Source: Microbotryum violaceum
Taxonomy: Eukaryota
Length of the DNA stretch: 64,000 bases
Assembly: GCA_001244265.2 (NCBI GenBank)
Contig: CDLV01000020.1
Coordinates: forward strand, 310,001 to 374,000
Reading direction: 5' to 3'
A program made the position numbers and the translations under genes. Shown here in pieces: positions 1 through 12,155 of the stretch (position 1 is its first letter; the number at the start of each line of letters is the position of its first letter). Under the pieces are notes generated by a model. That model made no database searches, was not told the origin of the DNA, and worked only from the letters and a program-made list of their open reading frames with translations.

Positions 1-153
1 TCACAGGCATCCAGCTACTCCTTGACATCATGAGACGCAATTGTGGCTTCGATAGCCGGTTCCTTGGTCTCAAGGGGCGATGGAAGAAGCCCAACTGGGG
101 TAGTTGTGGGGTCCATCCAGGGCGATGTCGCACGAGTCCATCATCTCGGACAT
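1..153 (-). mobile_element. Possible degenerate Ty1/copia gag N-terminus, continuing off the window edge
   Basis: Minus strand from ATG at 153 reads MSEMMDSCDIALDGPHNYPSWASSIAP*. LDGPHNYPSW resembles the LxGxxNYxxW motif at the start of copia Gag. Stops follow, and the flank is AT-richer than the genes. Confidence 0.35.
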
Positions 154-1015
154 TGAGCAGCTGCTCCCTTGCTCTGAAGTGACGAATTTTGCGTTGGGCT
201 TGGGATATTGTTGCTCGTTGTGTTTTCAGATTACTGCAATAGATACCCAGGTTATTTTCTGTCCTTTCGAGTGTAATTCCAGGATGAACAAAGGACTGCG
301 CCAGAGCGGTGCCTTCATCCGGCTTGACTGCGCAGACTGTCTGGCCAAAGTCGTAAGCTGGGAAGACCCTTTCATCATTCATGTGTTATTCATAGGGTCA
401 TGAAAATGTACTAGGTTTAGTGTCATGTCCCAATTATCAAAACGCGTAGCCTTGTACCAACTAAATGAAACCCAAAGCCCTGCATCAAAAGTCCTATCTT
501 TGATCTCACTGGCCCTGCAGAGGGCCGAGCCAACCTATTAGGTCAAGTGTGAACACAGTGAGTTTGAAGAATCGCGGTGCTCGAAAGAGACCGTATCATC
601 ATCCACTATTAGGTTCAACTGAAGAGTTGCTTTCCCACCCGCCTCCGCGGTTTGACCTTCCCCTTCCCTTCAAGTGGCTTGCGCTGCGCCGCCGGTTTCT
701 TCGCGGGCCACTGCAGGGCCGTGTCGTGGGGCAATTCGCCCTCGAGGCCAAACCAAAGCCCATTTATTATTCACCATTCATGTTCATCAACAGAGATCGG
801 CACATATGTCGTCCAGTCAGAGACTGCTCGTTGTTAGTAGTTGGAGGACACGAGACGCGAGTCGACGAGCGACAATAAATATTAGCGCCTGGAAAGGCCT
901 GGAACTGACTTGAACTTGGGGGATCGGTGCCGGGTCGAGGTTGGTCGGCTTCGCAACTCGCGCACCTCTCCAAGCCGAGTTGAAGACGACCCGACAGGCG
1001 AGAGGCGACGCAAGA

Positions 1016-3629
1016 ATGCTGTGCGCTGCTCGGCATTCGTGCAGGACCCCTTGGGCGCCGGTGCTGGGTTCCAGATCACTGTGTACGAGCCTGACATTGC
1101 TGCGATCTGGCCCAAAGGCTCCACGCCCGCGACGTGGAGGGAGCGAAGCCGCTTCGCAATCGACCTTGCCCAAGCTCAAGCCCAAGCGAGCCTCACCGCC
1201 GATCCCAACCCGGCGTGGGGGCAACAACTCGAGCGCTTCGACTCAGACCAAGTGGAATTCATTCGCACGCAAAAGCACCGGCTTCAATCCCGCTACCTCG
1301 TCTAGTTCGCGCGCGTCGTCGTCCGACATCAGCGTCGTTGCGCTGCTCGATCGGCTCGAGGTGCAACTCAAGTCGAGCTGGAGCAAGGCCGATGCGTCCA
1401 TCAAAGCAGTTGCACGCGACATGGGACTCGACCAAGAAGCCTTTTCGAATCTGGCTCGATGTTTCGCGAATGAGGCTCTGTCTCACCTGCGCGAGAACCG
1501 AGCTCAACTCGAAAGGGGCGTCGATGGCCGTCCTCAAACCGCGGAGAACGGTGTCTCCACCCCGGCAATCGTGTGGGATCTGCCCCGCGTCAGGTCCAGC
1601 TACATCGATGATGGACCGTCGAGCATCACAAATGCGTGTTTGCGCATGTTCGTGCACTGGGCCCGTCAGCAACCTCTACCACCGGCCGTAGGGTGGACCG
1701 TCGCCACCACCACTCGCGATCCCAAACTCGTCGCCAACATCACCCTGTCGAAATTGCATCACCTCGCCGAGGCGACCGACCACCGCTACCCTGGCGAAGC
1801 TTACCAGCGCGCTCGAGCTCGAAGACGCAAGCTGATCCTCCACGTCGGACCGACCAATTCGGGCAAGACCCACACCGCCCTCGTAGCTCTCGCTCGATGC
1901 AGGCAGGGAGTCTATGCCGGCCCTCTGCGCCTCTTGGCTCACGAAGTCTATTTACGACTCAACAATGGCAAGATTGGCGAAGAGCCCAAGGTTGCTTGCA
2001 ATCTATTGACGGGAGAAGAACAGAGGATTGTCGATGTCGATGCCGGTCTCACGAGCTGTACAGTCGAGATGTTCCCCATGAACAGAAAACTCGACGTCGG
2101 CGTCGTCGATGAGATCCAGCTGATCGCCGACTTTCAACGTGGGACGGCGTGGACGAACGTCGTCATTGGAGCCAACTGCAGCGAACTACACCTCTGTGGC
2201 GAAGAAAGCGTCGTTGAACTCGTACAGAAGCTTGCGCACGAACTCGGTGACGAGTGCATCGTCAAACGCTACAGCCGCTTGTCGCCTCTCGTCGTAGCCG
2301 AGCAATCCCTCGGTGGGGACCTGTCCAAGATTCAGAGGGGCGATTGTCTCGTCACGTTCTCGAGGAGCAACATCTTTGCCTTCAAGCGCGCGGTTGAGGA
2401 AAAGACGGGGCTTAAAGTCGCCGTTGCGTATGGGGGCTTGCCACCTGAAGTGAGAGAGGAACAGGCGAGGATGTTCAACGAAGGTGCTTACGATGTGCTC
2501 GTTGCTTCCGATGCGGTGGGGATGGGTCTCAACCTGTGAGCCAGGAGACCACTAGTTCGATTCGCACTGCAGAAACTGATTCAATCTCGTCTAACGTTTC
2601 CAGTAAAGTTCGACGCATCGTATTTGAAAGTCTTCACAAGTGGGACGGCAAAGCCGAGATTCAGCTCCCGACGCCGCAGATCAAGCAGATCGCCGGTCGA
2701 GCAGGTCGATTCGGCCTCCACACGCCAACCAATCCATCAGGTCCCGACGACGGCTCCGTCTCTGTCGAAGACGTCGTGGGCGAAGCGACCTGCCTCGACG
2801 AGGACGACATGCCCATCCTGATCGACGCCATGAAAACGCCGACGATCAAGGTCGAACGGGCTGTGCTCGAAACAAGTGTAGCCGCGTTCCAACGCGTACA
2901 AGCCTTACTACCAGCCCACACGCCTTTCTCCAAAGTCTTCCGCCTCGTCCAGATCCTATCCCGTACCAATTCCGAGCTGTATACGATTTCTTCGATCCGC
3001 TCGGCGAGTCAGGTCGTCGATGCGATCGCGCACATCGGACCGCTAAGCTGCGACGAGCGCCTCTTGTTCGGTAACGCGCCGGTCAACATGCGCGATGCCA
3101 ACGTCGTCAGTTCTTTGGTTCATTTCGTAGGAGAGTTTGCTGCGGGGCGACCTATCATGATGGAGAGGTGGACAAAGACGAGTGGGGTAGGGGATGCTTT
3201 GGAACTCATTGTCGAAGTCACGGCGGCGCAGAAAGCCCGTGATGCGACGGCATCCAAAGCAGACGTCGGTACAGGAAAAAGTGCCGAAACCGTCATCACG
3301 GCGTTCCAAGCTTCGCAGGCACGCGCTCTCGTGTACAACTCGGACTTTTTGATGCGACTGGAGTCGTTCCATCGATGCTTGACCTTGTACCTCTGGCTCT
3401 CGTATCGTCAATGGTCCATCTTCCAGGACCGAGAAGCGGCGAGGGTCTTGAGGAAAAAGATCGAGGACGGCATTGATCTCGTCTTGGGAGGTCTGAAGTT
3501 TGAGAGGGTCAGTCTTTATGGGCGGTCGGTGGTGAGTGTACTCTGTTGACATGTCCTCTCCTTCTGCAGGCCTCGAGGCCATCGAAGATGAAGCGCAACA
3601 GGGCTCAAATTACTTCAAATGATGGTTGA
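1016..3629 (+). CDS. SUV3: Mitochondrial ATP-dependent RNA helicase Suv3 (3 exons)
   Basis: Motifs HVGPTNSGKT, YAGPLRLLA, SCTVEM, VDEIQ, YGGLPPE, VASDAVGMGLNL, QIAGRAGR. Introns 2536-2603 and 3508-3569 (GT..AG). Arg/Ser-rich N-terminus resembles a mitochondrial presequence. Confidence 0.95.
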
Positions 3630-3904
3630 GCCATGTCTGATATCTTCGGCAAGAGTGGTAGTGGTTCGACAGAGCACATCGCACACCAATGATCGTCAAG
3701 GGGTTTTCTTCGTTCTCACTCGATCTTGACGATCAGGAAAGGTATTACGGTATAAAGACGATTATTGCATGTAGACATATGGTTATCCGTGGGAAGGTGT
3801 TATATAAAAAGTCTAAATAAACCTTTTTTGCTACAAAAAATGAATAACTTCCGCCAAAAATGAAGCAATAAAGACCAAGACCGAGACGCAGTGTAAACCG
3901 GACG

Positions 3905-6900
3905 CTATGTTGAAGCCGAAACGCCACCGGCCAGCAACAAGCTCCTGATCGCGTCGAGCTGAGACGAGAGCGAAGCGATTTGCTTCTTACACTCGTCATC
4001 CTGAACGCGCAGTTCTTTCCTTGCCTCTTCGACTTCGAGCTTGGAAGCCTCGAGCTGCTCTTGCACAGCCTTGCTTTGCTCGGCGAGTTTGGCCTCCCAC
4101 TCGGCGTGAATCTGCTTCTCGTCGACCTGAGGCGCTGCCTTGGCTTGACCCGCGGTTCGGAGCGCGAGGATTTGCATTTCAAGTGTCGACAAGTGGTGTC
4201 GGTCCGCTTCTCGTTGCGTCTCGAGGTCGGTTAATTGCTTCCATAGGTCTGTGATCTCGACTCGCTGGGCGTCGATCGTGCGCTTTGCTTCATCGAGCTG
4301 ATTGGCATCGACGAGGCGCGGCAAACCTCGAGGACCCGATCGAATCGACGAACTTTGCGACGATATCGAAGCTCGTGAGGTACGTCGAGTAGCTTGCATC
4401 TTGGCGATCGATGCGAGCACGGTCGGTGTGAGTTCCGAGAGGCTTCGCGTCTTGGTCGAACCGGGGGGAGACGGGAATTTGAGCACAGCCGACGAGGCAT
4501 CGTCGTCAAAGTCTATCAGGTCGTCCAGAACGGATTCGTCCATGCCCAGAGGACCGGAGGCATCTTCGGGACGCGGTCGGGAGAAAACGTTGACCAAGTT
4601 CATCGACTTGCTCGACGACTTCGAGTTGCGAGCCGAGCGGTCCCTCGAGTACGAGGCGAGGATCGAGTCTGAACGCGCGGACGAGAACGGCGTAAGAGCA
4701 CCTTCTGGGGCCGATGAGTCGGAGGACGAAAGCGACGTGCCTCGACGCTCTTCGTCGAGAGCAGGTACGGGCGTGGCTCCTTCGTTGACACCGGCGATGA
4801 GGAAGTCCTCTTGCAACTCTCGCGAGGTGACCTGGTGAATAGCGACGGTCGGTGACACGGGAGAGCTATCGTCTGAAATCGGGGTTGTGGGCAAATCTTG
4901 CGAGGGAGGGGGTCCCATCGAAGAATTTCGTGCGCCGTATGGGTCGGGTGTGACCTCCTTTGCCGGCGTGGGTGGCGGCAGATCCTCGTACATTTCTTCA
5001 GCTACGATTTGGATAGGCTGCGGCTTGTGCGCTTTTTGGTGCGATATTGGGCCACCCTTGGTCGGCGGCTCCCAATCAAAGATGATAGGTGTCGTGGTCT
5101 TGGCGCTGACACGTCGACTCGTGACGTCCGATTCGGCAAAAATCGAGACAACTCGCTCCACGGGGTTGGCGTTGACCGGCGTATCTTGCGAATATTGCGA
5201 CATGCCGGGGGTCTCGGCCGCAGTAAGTTCGACATGATCCGATCCGGAGCGGGGTCGCGGAAGGATCTCTAGCGTCGAGGGTGTGCCCGGCGCTCTTGGC
5301 GCTTCTTTGTCGGTCCCTCTTTGATCTTCGGGCTCCACAGGTTGGGCTTTGACCTGCGCAACCTCGGGCTGCTCGACCTTGGCCTTGGCCGAGAGAGCGA
5401 TGAGCAGCGTAGCTCGGGACGAGGTAGCCTCGGGCTGGGACATGCTCTTCTTCACAACGTCGTTCGGCAAGAAGCGCAAAGGATCGGCGGCACCATCGAG
5501 CTCATCTTCAGTATCCTCGTTGGCATGCGATAACGAGTCGGAACTCGTGGAGGATGCAACGGGGTCCCGATCCAGCACGGCATCGACGTCAACGTCGAAT
5601 TCGGGTTCCAACAATCCGTCGGCGACCAGACTCCAGTGCTTGAGAAGCCACAAGAGGGCTTCCTCAGCCCTCTTGCCGTTCGCGCTCGAATAGATCGTAT
5701 CTGTCGGACCCGTGATGTGTGCCAACAGCTTGCTCCCTCTCGACTGCGACTGAGGCGACGGATCTCGCGGCGACATGAGCATGGCGCCAACGATGTGCGA
5801 AACGCTTTCGCGCGAGAGGCGGTTCTCGGGGAATAAGGGAATTTGGGACAGGAAGGCGACCATGTAGACGAGCAGGGAAAAGTTGGGTGTCGGGAGGAGT
5901 CGCAAGATGACTTGGGCACTCGTCACGCGAACCTTGATCGAGTTGGTCGAGTAGACGCAAGCCGAGAGGAATAACTTCCATAGCCGCTGGTCGAGAACTG
6001 GCTCGGGCAGGTCGCACAGATACTTTTTGAGCCTGGAAAAGCAGAGACAGGGCGAAGTCAGGTCAGTTTACTTCGAAGCCATACCGAGGCTCGTGTTAAC
6101 TCACAAAGCGGTAACGTTGTGGATCGATTCAATGGATAGGTCGTGCTGCTCGCCGTACTCGGGCGCGGTGTTGTAGATTGCCACCAACTTGGCGACGCGA
6201 GAGGTTTCGCCGTGATTGACGAGCAGACCGGGAACGTTCATTCCTGAAGGATGCAAAAACAACTCAGTCGAGTTCATCAAGGACGGACCAATATTTGCAC
6301 AGTTCAGCTCACCTTGGCCCCGTCGGTAGATCTCCTCAACGGCACTGAAGCAGACTCCGGGTAGCTCATGGCGTTGCCCAGCGATCATCGATGTCATAAA
6401 GCCGTACTCGGCCGCTACGGTGAGCGGCACGCCAAAGATGCCTTTGGACGGCTGGGTTTTGGTCGACGTTTCCGATTTTTCGCTCTCAGCAACCGGCGCT
6501 CCGAGCGCACGCTTCATCTTGTTGAAGAATGTATTCCTAGCTCCAGACTCAGCGGCGAGCTCGGTGCTGCTGCTGCTACTGCGGTTGTTGCTCTTGTGCA
6601 ATTTACGCTGAGAGGGAAGACGAACGGCGGGCATGCCGATCAAGGATTTGCGGTGATTCGCTCGGTTGGTCTGTGAAGCGGCCGACAAATGGAATCAGGT
6701 CTCTCTCTACAAAGGTAAAGAACAGACACAGAAGAAAAGGCTTACCGCTGCTGATGCGGGGCTCGCTCCGATGGAAAGGATTGCCTCGGCATCCTCAATC
6801 GTCAAGAATGATCCCGTGATAGTTTCAAGCTTCTCTAGGAGGGCCAGTCGCCATGCGTAGCCGACGGTGTCGGAGATGTGGGCCGTGCGTCGGGCGAGGG

Positions 6901-7936
6901 AGAGGAAGTTGCCGGGCAAGCGACCCGACTTGTTTGGGGCAACGAAGGAGGACGACATTTTGGACGAAGTGGAGGACTTGGGCGAGGCCGTGCTGTTCGG
7001 AAACGGCCCCGAGGCTTGAGCGGGCGAGGGACGGCTCGACTTGACCTTTTCGACGACGGGCGTAGCCGGCTCGAGCTTCGATGACTGACCCACAATCGGG
7101 GTATCGCCAGAGGCGACGCTGCTGGCGAAGATATCGGACCGATCGACCGTGGCCGAGATGGCGGGGACTGTATCATCTACAGTGGAAAATAGCGCTGGGA
7201 TCTCGATTTTTTGACTTTTCTTGGCCAGGGTCTTCGCGCTGCTGCGCTGGCTGTCTCGGGCCGGTCGGAAGGTCGAGTAGAAGGCGCCGGCCGTCTCATC
7301 AAACTGAACGCCGAGATCGAGACTCCCGAGGGAAGGGAACGAGACGTCGATTGGAGCGGCATCGTTCGCCTCCCTGCCGGAGATGGCGCCGAGCGAAGTG
7401 GATGATTCCAACGCCGAGGCGAGGAAAGGGGGCGAGCTCGGGCGAACGGGGCGAGGAGGAGGAGAGCCAGTACGCTGCGCATTGAGCGAGAATTTGGGCT
7501 TAATGATCTGGATGAGCTCGGGGGGCAAAACCGGCGTCTTAGATGAGGTCGGTTTGTCGTCCTCGAGACCTTTGGCGCTGGACCGGGGTGCTTGGCTATC
7601 CTGGTTATGGCGCCCTAGTACGACTTCGCCATCCGCGTCGGATTTTGTCGAAGCGGCGAGTGACGAGCGTACTGCGGCCACCGCGTGTACCTTCTGCACG
7701 CTCATCGACGAATCGGACCTCGAAATCCATGCAGGGGTTCCTGTAATTTTTGGAGAACTTCGCAACTCTTCTCGCATCGCAGGAGTGACCTTCTTGGCCG
7801 ATATGGGCACGATGTCCAGCACGGGCGACTCCCGTCCAGCCTCGCTGCCGTAGAGGTTCGGCGAGGGAGGCGGCGGGGTGCGAAGTTGCGAGGCGAGACC
7901 GTAGGTCGACGATGGAGAATCCGTAATTGTGGCCAT
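3905..7936 (-). CDS. RhoGAP-domain protein with long disordered regions and C-terminal coiled coil (about 4 exons)
   Basis: Joined ORFs 6707-7936, 6101-6688 and 3905-5926 give GIFGVPL, SIHNVTALLKKYLCDLPEP and LRLLPTPNFSLLVYMVAFLSQI..EN, all RhoGAP-fold signatures. GT-AG introns lie near 6743, 6311 and 6103. Confidence 0.85.
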
Positions 7937-9063
7937 GGTGCAAGATTCGTTCCAATGAATTGGGAATAGATGGTCAAGCTCACTTGGAACTGCTGCTGTT
8001 CAATCCTGCGCCGCGATGTCCGGCGGCGGTCACGGAGGTGGAAAGTGTGCTGAGTCGATCGGAGCCCGGAGGCGAAGGTTTCGGGGGAAATCGAGTCGAA
8101 GAGTGCGATGGTCGTGCAGAGGAACGAGTGGTGGTCACAGTGTTGTGTAGAATGAACGCTGTGTTTTCGTCCAGTGCCAAAGAACGCAAGTAAATCGGTG
8201 AGTGACGAAGAGAAACGGGTGATGAAGAGAGAGCAGATCTGTGACGACCATTTGCGTCGAGGGTGGAATCGAGACCTCTCTTCGCTTGACTTTGGCAGGA
8301 TGAGCCTGGATCCGACTTTAAAGCGGACGGGCTGCGACATGCCACGTTGGTGGCGCCGACGGCGAATGCGCGTGCGCGGCAAAAAAGTGAGACTTTCCTT
8401 TCTCAGGCGGCGGCGCGGCGCAAGCTCCAGGATCCAGGACGTCAGTGGAATTTTTGATCGGCGCGGGCGTTTCGGGCGGCGGGCCCATTTGGGCTTGCGC
8501 GCGCACGGAGAGAGTCGCTTGTCTCACCATTAAGGTTGGCCGCATCGCGCTTGCTAAGTGCAAATTGTGCTGCGGCTAAAGTCGAATTCACTCCCTCCAC
8601 CTCCAAGCGTCCGCGGAGATGACGGTTTCATGGGCGCCTTCCAGTGCAAACAGAGCTTCGTGACACAATGAAAGCGACGCTGACGCATAATGAAATGTGA
8701 TTGATCTCATTCCCGAACAATGCCCCCCTACATACTTAATAGGCCCTTTCAAACCTCGGCAACCTTTATAAGCCGAGGGAGACTGCCATGTTTCACACGC
8801 GTCGTGTCCAAGTTTTCTGTTTGGCACTTGCCTTCTACCTACTACCAAAGACTAAAGTAAGAGCTTGCATTGGCACGTACCCAATCACTAATGTAATGTA
8901 ATGTCCAGAGCGCCCGGCAACGGTACGTTCAAACATGTCTTGTAGGATTCACAACGAGCGGCTTGCCGGTGCCAGCCTCGGGATTTGTCACCGCTCTCGG
9001 AAGCACTTCGGATTCACATTGGTGACCGCGACACACACGTCATTTCTCTGGTGTCCTGCTCAG

Positions 9064-9271
9064 TCTGATATTAGCATCATCACGTGATCTCGGCCGGCAA
9101 GTTGGCATGCCGGCCGAGATTTCCGCGGGTCGCACGGCTTTTCGACCCCTGGATGACGTCGGTCGCTCCTATCCACCCCGTGCGGATCCAGCGCTCAGGC
9201 CTCGCATGGGGGGTTCGAATCCTCAGCGTGCGATCGTGCGCGACTGGGGCAGTGCTGACCCCCATATCAGA
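9064..9271 (+). ncRNA. Candidate structured RNA element A
   Basis: Outer stem TCTGATAT/ATATCAGA; perfect 13-bp hairpin 9087-9099/9108-9120; further nested stems with G-U pairs favouring the + strand; contains B-box-like GGTTCGAATCC. Confidence 0.4.
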
Positions 9272-9362
9272 GCCTCCTTCTCCTCCATCCAGCTCCCTCT
9301 TGGAGTAACTCTCCTCGAATTCTACGTCTACCTCTTACCTAGTCGTCGCACCAATCCAGACC

Positions 9363-10963
9363 ATGACTGCACCGCTCAGGGCCGGCCACGACCCAACCAT
9401 TCTCCAACCTCGGCACACGACAGCGAGTTTCGTTCAACCATCATCCACGGCCGGCTTCGCAAATACGAGCAGCCAATGGACACTGGGTGGTGAAATCAGT
9501 ATGTACCTTCCGAGTCGACGTCATACCACCTTCCAATCACCTGTAGTTGAGCTTGCTTACCTCCGAACACCTGTTAGGGCACGCCCCGCCGAGGGAAGAA
9601 AGGGATCGGGATCGCCAGGCTCGCGCGTCATTCGAACGTTCGGCGCGAGGGGCCAAGGTGAGAGGAACTCCGACGAATTGGGACAAAATCTGGTTTGTCT
9701 GCTGTACCCTGTGACACTGACCTGTTCCGCATCCTGACGTAGACTCCGCAACATCACTTGAGCCCCCTCAAAGACAATCACAATCCGCACCGACGGGTAA
9801 GTCGACCCGTCAGTCAAGGGGTTCACACGACCGAGCCCTCGCAGAGACCAGATGGTGAACTTGTTTATCATCCCTCTTGTCCAGAGTCATGACCAAGTGA
9901 ATGCCTATATCGACTATGAGCTTGGTGCCCGTCTCTGCGGGTTGCAGCCCCCTCAACAATCTTCCTCTGGGCCTTCCCCTCCTCGACATCCAGTTCCCTC
10001 GCGCAATAACGACTCTCGACAACATCATTCGACAAGCCAAGCTCACAACACTACACCACCGCGCGTCATCAATCCCAACCCTACTCGGCCATCCCTTCCT
10101 TCGCCCGGGATTGAGAATCTCGCTTTGCGTAGGCCCCACGAGCTGCCGAATCAGGAATCGGACTCGCGAGCTCGAAGGGAGAAATGCCATCATTCCGGGA
10201 AACAAAAACACGACAAGCAAGTCGCGCCCAATGTCCAGCATGCTTGTCTCCCGCGCCACGAGACTATTCCCAGAATATCGCTGGAAAAGGTCGATTATCG
10301 GTTCGACCTTTCGCCCGAGCCAGAATATTATGGCGGCGGCGTCGGGTCTTTGTCGAGCGTGATCCCTCCTCTACCACCTCAGCAACCTCTAACGTCCGCT
10401 CACGGAACGACCTATCCACTCGCTCACAAATTCCAAACCACCCCCGTTTTCACCTCGTACGACAGCCGCACCCCTCCAGGCGCTTACCCGACTACACCGG
10501 CCTATCATGCCACCGTCGTGGAGCCTAATTTGATGAATGGGGATGGGAGGCTTATGCATGAAGGTGAACCTGTTGATCGAGGCGAGTTTGATGGATTTCA
10601 TTGCACGGATCGACAGTTTGCGGAAGATGGACGACATGTCGGTGAGTTGTTGCTGGCATCGCGTCGGGTACGGACTCGGCCGAAAAGTTTGAGCTCTTTC
10701 GAGCTTGTGGGGGTATCGGTTAAATCCCTTACCATGCTAACGTACTACCGGAGACATATCTGTCACCCTGAACACTTTTGGGCATTCTCAGTCAGCAACC
10801 TAGGTCTCATCGAGGGCTTCTCTATGGCGTTCAAGGACGAAGTGGAGATGATCAACGACGCGCTCGAGGCCATGATCGCGAACGCCAAGTAAGCATGAGT
10901 GACTCTTACACGCGCCGTATGACAAAATTCTGACGGATTTTCAGGATGCGTGATGAATTCGTA
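9363..10963 (+). CDS. Hypothetical protein, spliced, exon structure uncertain
   Basis: 346-codon ORF 9852-10892, Pro/Ser/His-rich with a helical-looking C-terminal part (FKDEVEMINDALEAMIANAK). Flanked by plausible GTAAGT/GTGAGT/GTAAGC donors. No family recognised. Confidence 0.45.
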
Positions 10964-11339
10964 GACGCCAAGGTGCGAACGGGGTGCTGGGGATGCAAGT
11001 CGATTTGGCCGACGATGGTGCGGTGATCGCACGGGGCCAAGCGGTCGTGCTCGTGTAAAGGAAAGAAGGAGGCACACATGTCCTTGTGTATTTCGATATC
11101 GCGTGTACTACTTGGAATGCTCAAGTATCGGTGTTTGCCAGAGGTCGAGCCGAGCCCGACGGGCAGAAGAAATTCCCGCTGGACATCTGTTCTCTCACGG
11201 CTAGCCCGCTTCTTGTCCGTACCCGTAGCGTGATTGTTGAGGAAGGCATTGCATGTTGTTGACAGATGGTTTTGGTACAGTGAGTAGATCCTTCCAAGAT
11301 GGTGGTCTATGCGTGATGTCCCATCTTGCGCGACGGGCG

Positions 11340-11783
11340 TCACTTGAGTTTGGCTTCCATGAAGAGGACGTGCTTGCGCGCTGTGAGGTACAGACGATGT
11401 CAGGGTTTAATCTTGCACATACATGATCGAGCAAGCTACTCGTACCTTTGGGATCGTACTGCATACCCGTGCAAACACCGCGAACCGGGGACGGTCAGCT
11501 CCAATCTCGCTCTTTACTTCCATCCTCCCTCTACGACGTATCGACGCACCTTCATGAACGCCAACTTCTTCTCCGCCGTCCTCGGCCTCTTGGCGATGTA
11601 GCTGAACCCTGTACCGACGCTGGTTTCGCGCATACAGGACGGGAACGTGCGAGAGTGAAAGAGGGAAGGACACCGAGTTGTCAGCTCATCGTCCTCTGTG
11701 AGCTGGGGGAAGTACAGGGTGTGGTAGCCGTCTTACGTGGAGAGTAGTCGTACGGTCAATAGCCTGGACTTGGCCTTGGCCAT
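11340..11783 (-). CDS. MRPL39: Mitochondrial ribosomal protein bL33m (4 exons, missed by the ORF track)
   Basis: Spliced reading MAKAKSRLLTVRLLSTVGTGFSYIAKRPRTAEKKLAFMKYDPKARKHVLFMEAKLK*, a typical L33. Includes a 13-nt exon at 11446-11458. Confidence 0.92.
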
Positions 11784-12155
11784 GTTGTGGGGCTTGTTTC
11801 GGGGGGAGGGGAGGGGGAGGAAGGGGAAGAGAAGAGGGGCTCAGCGCGCCGGTTCGGCCAAATCCTCCCGAGAAAAGCTCTCGGAAGAGATGTCCGGCCT
11901 GGCATAAACGGGGGCTTCACTCCGGCTCGCATGTCATCGGGCCAATACAGTTTACATACGATTACTTCTCTCGTTTGAAAAAAAACAGCTACTAGTATCT
12001 TTGTTAGAGCCACGTATCAGATATGACTCATTTTCCTCAAGCAGTCGGAAGGCGAAAGCTCGATTGTGGTCGTTTTTTCTAGGCCATTATCTGATGCATT
12101 TGCACCTCATAATACAACACAGGGGTTCTACCCCTTCTATCCTGCACATAAAAGC

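Noticed and set aside
9170..9240. tRNA gene around GGTTCGAATCC
   Set aside because: No acceptor stem, D-arm/A-box or anticodon arm at the right spacing.
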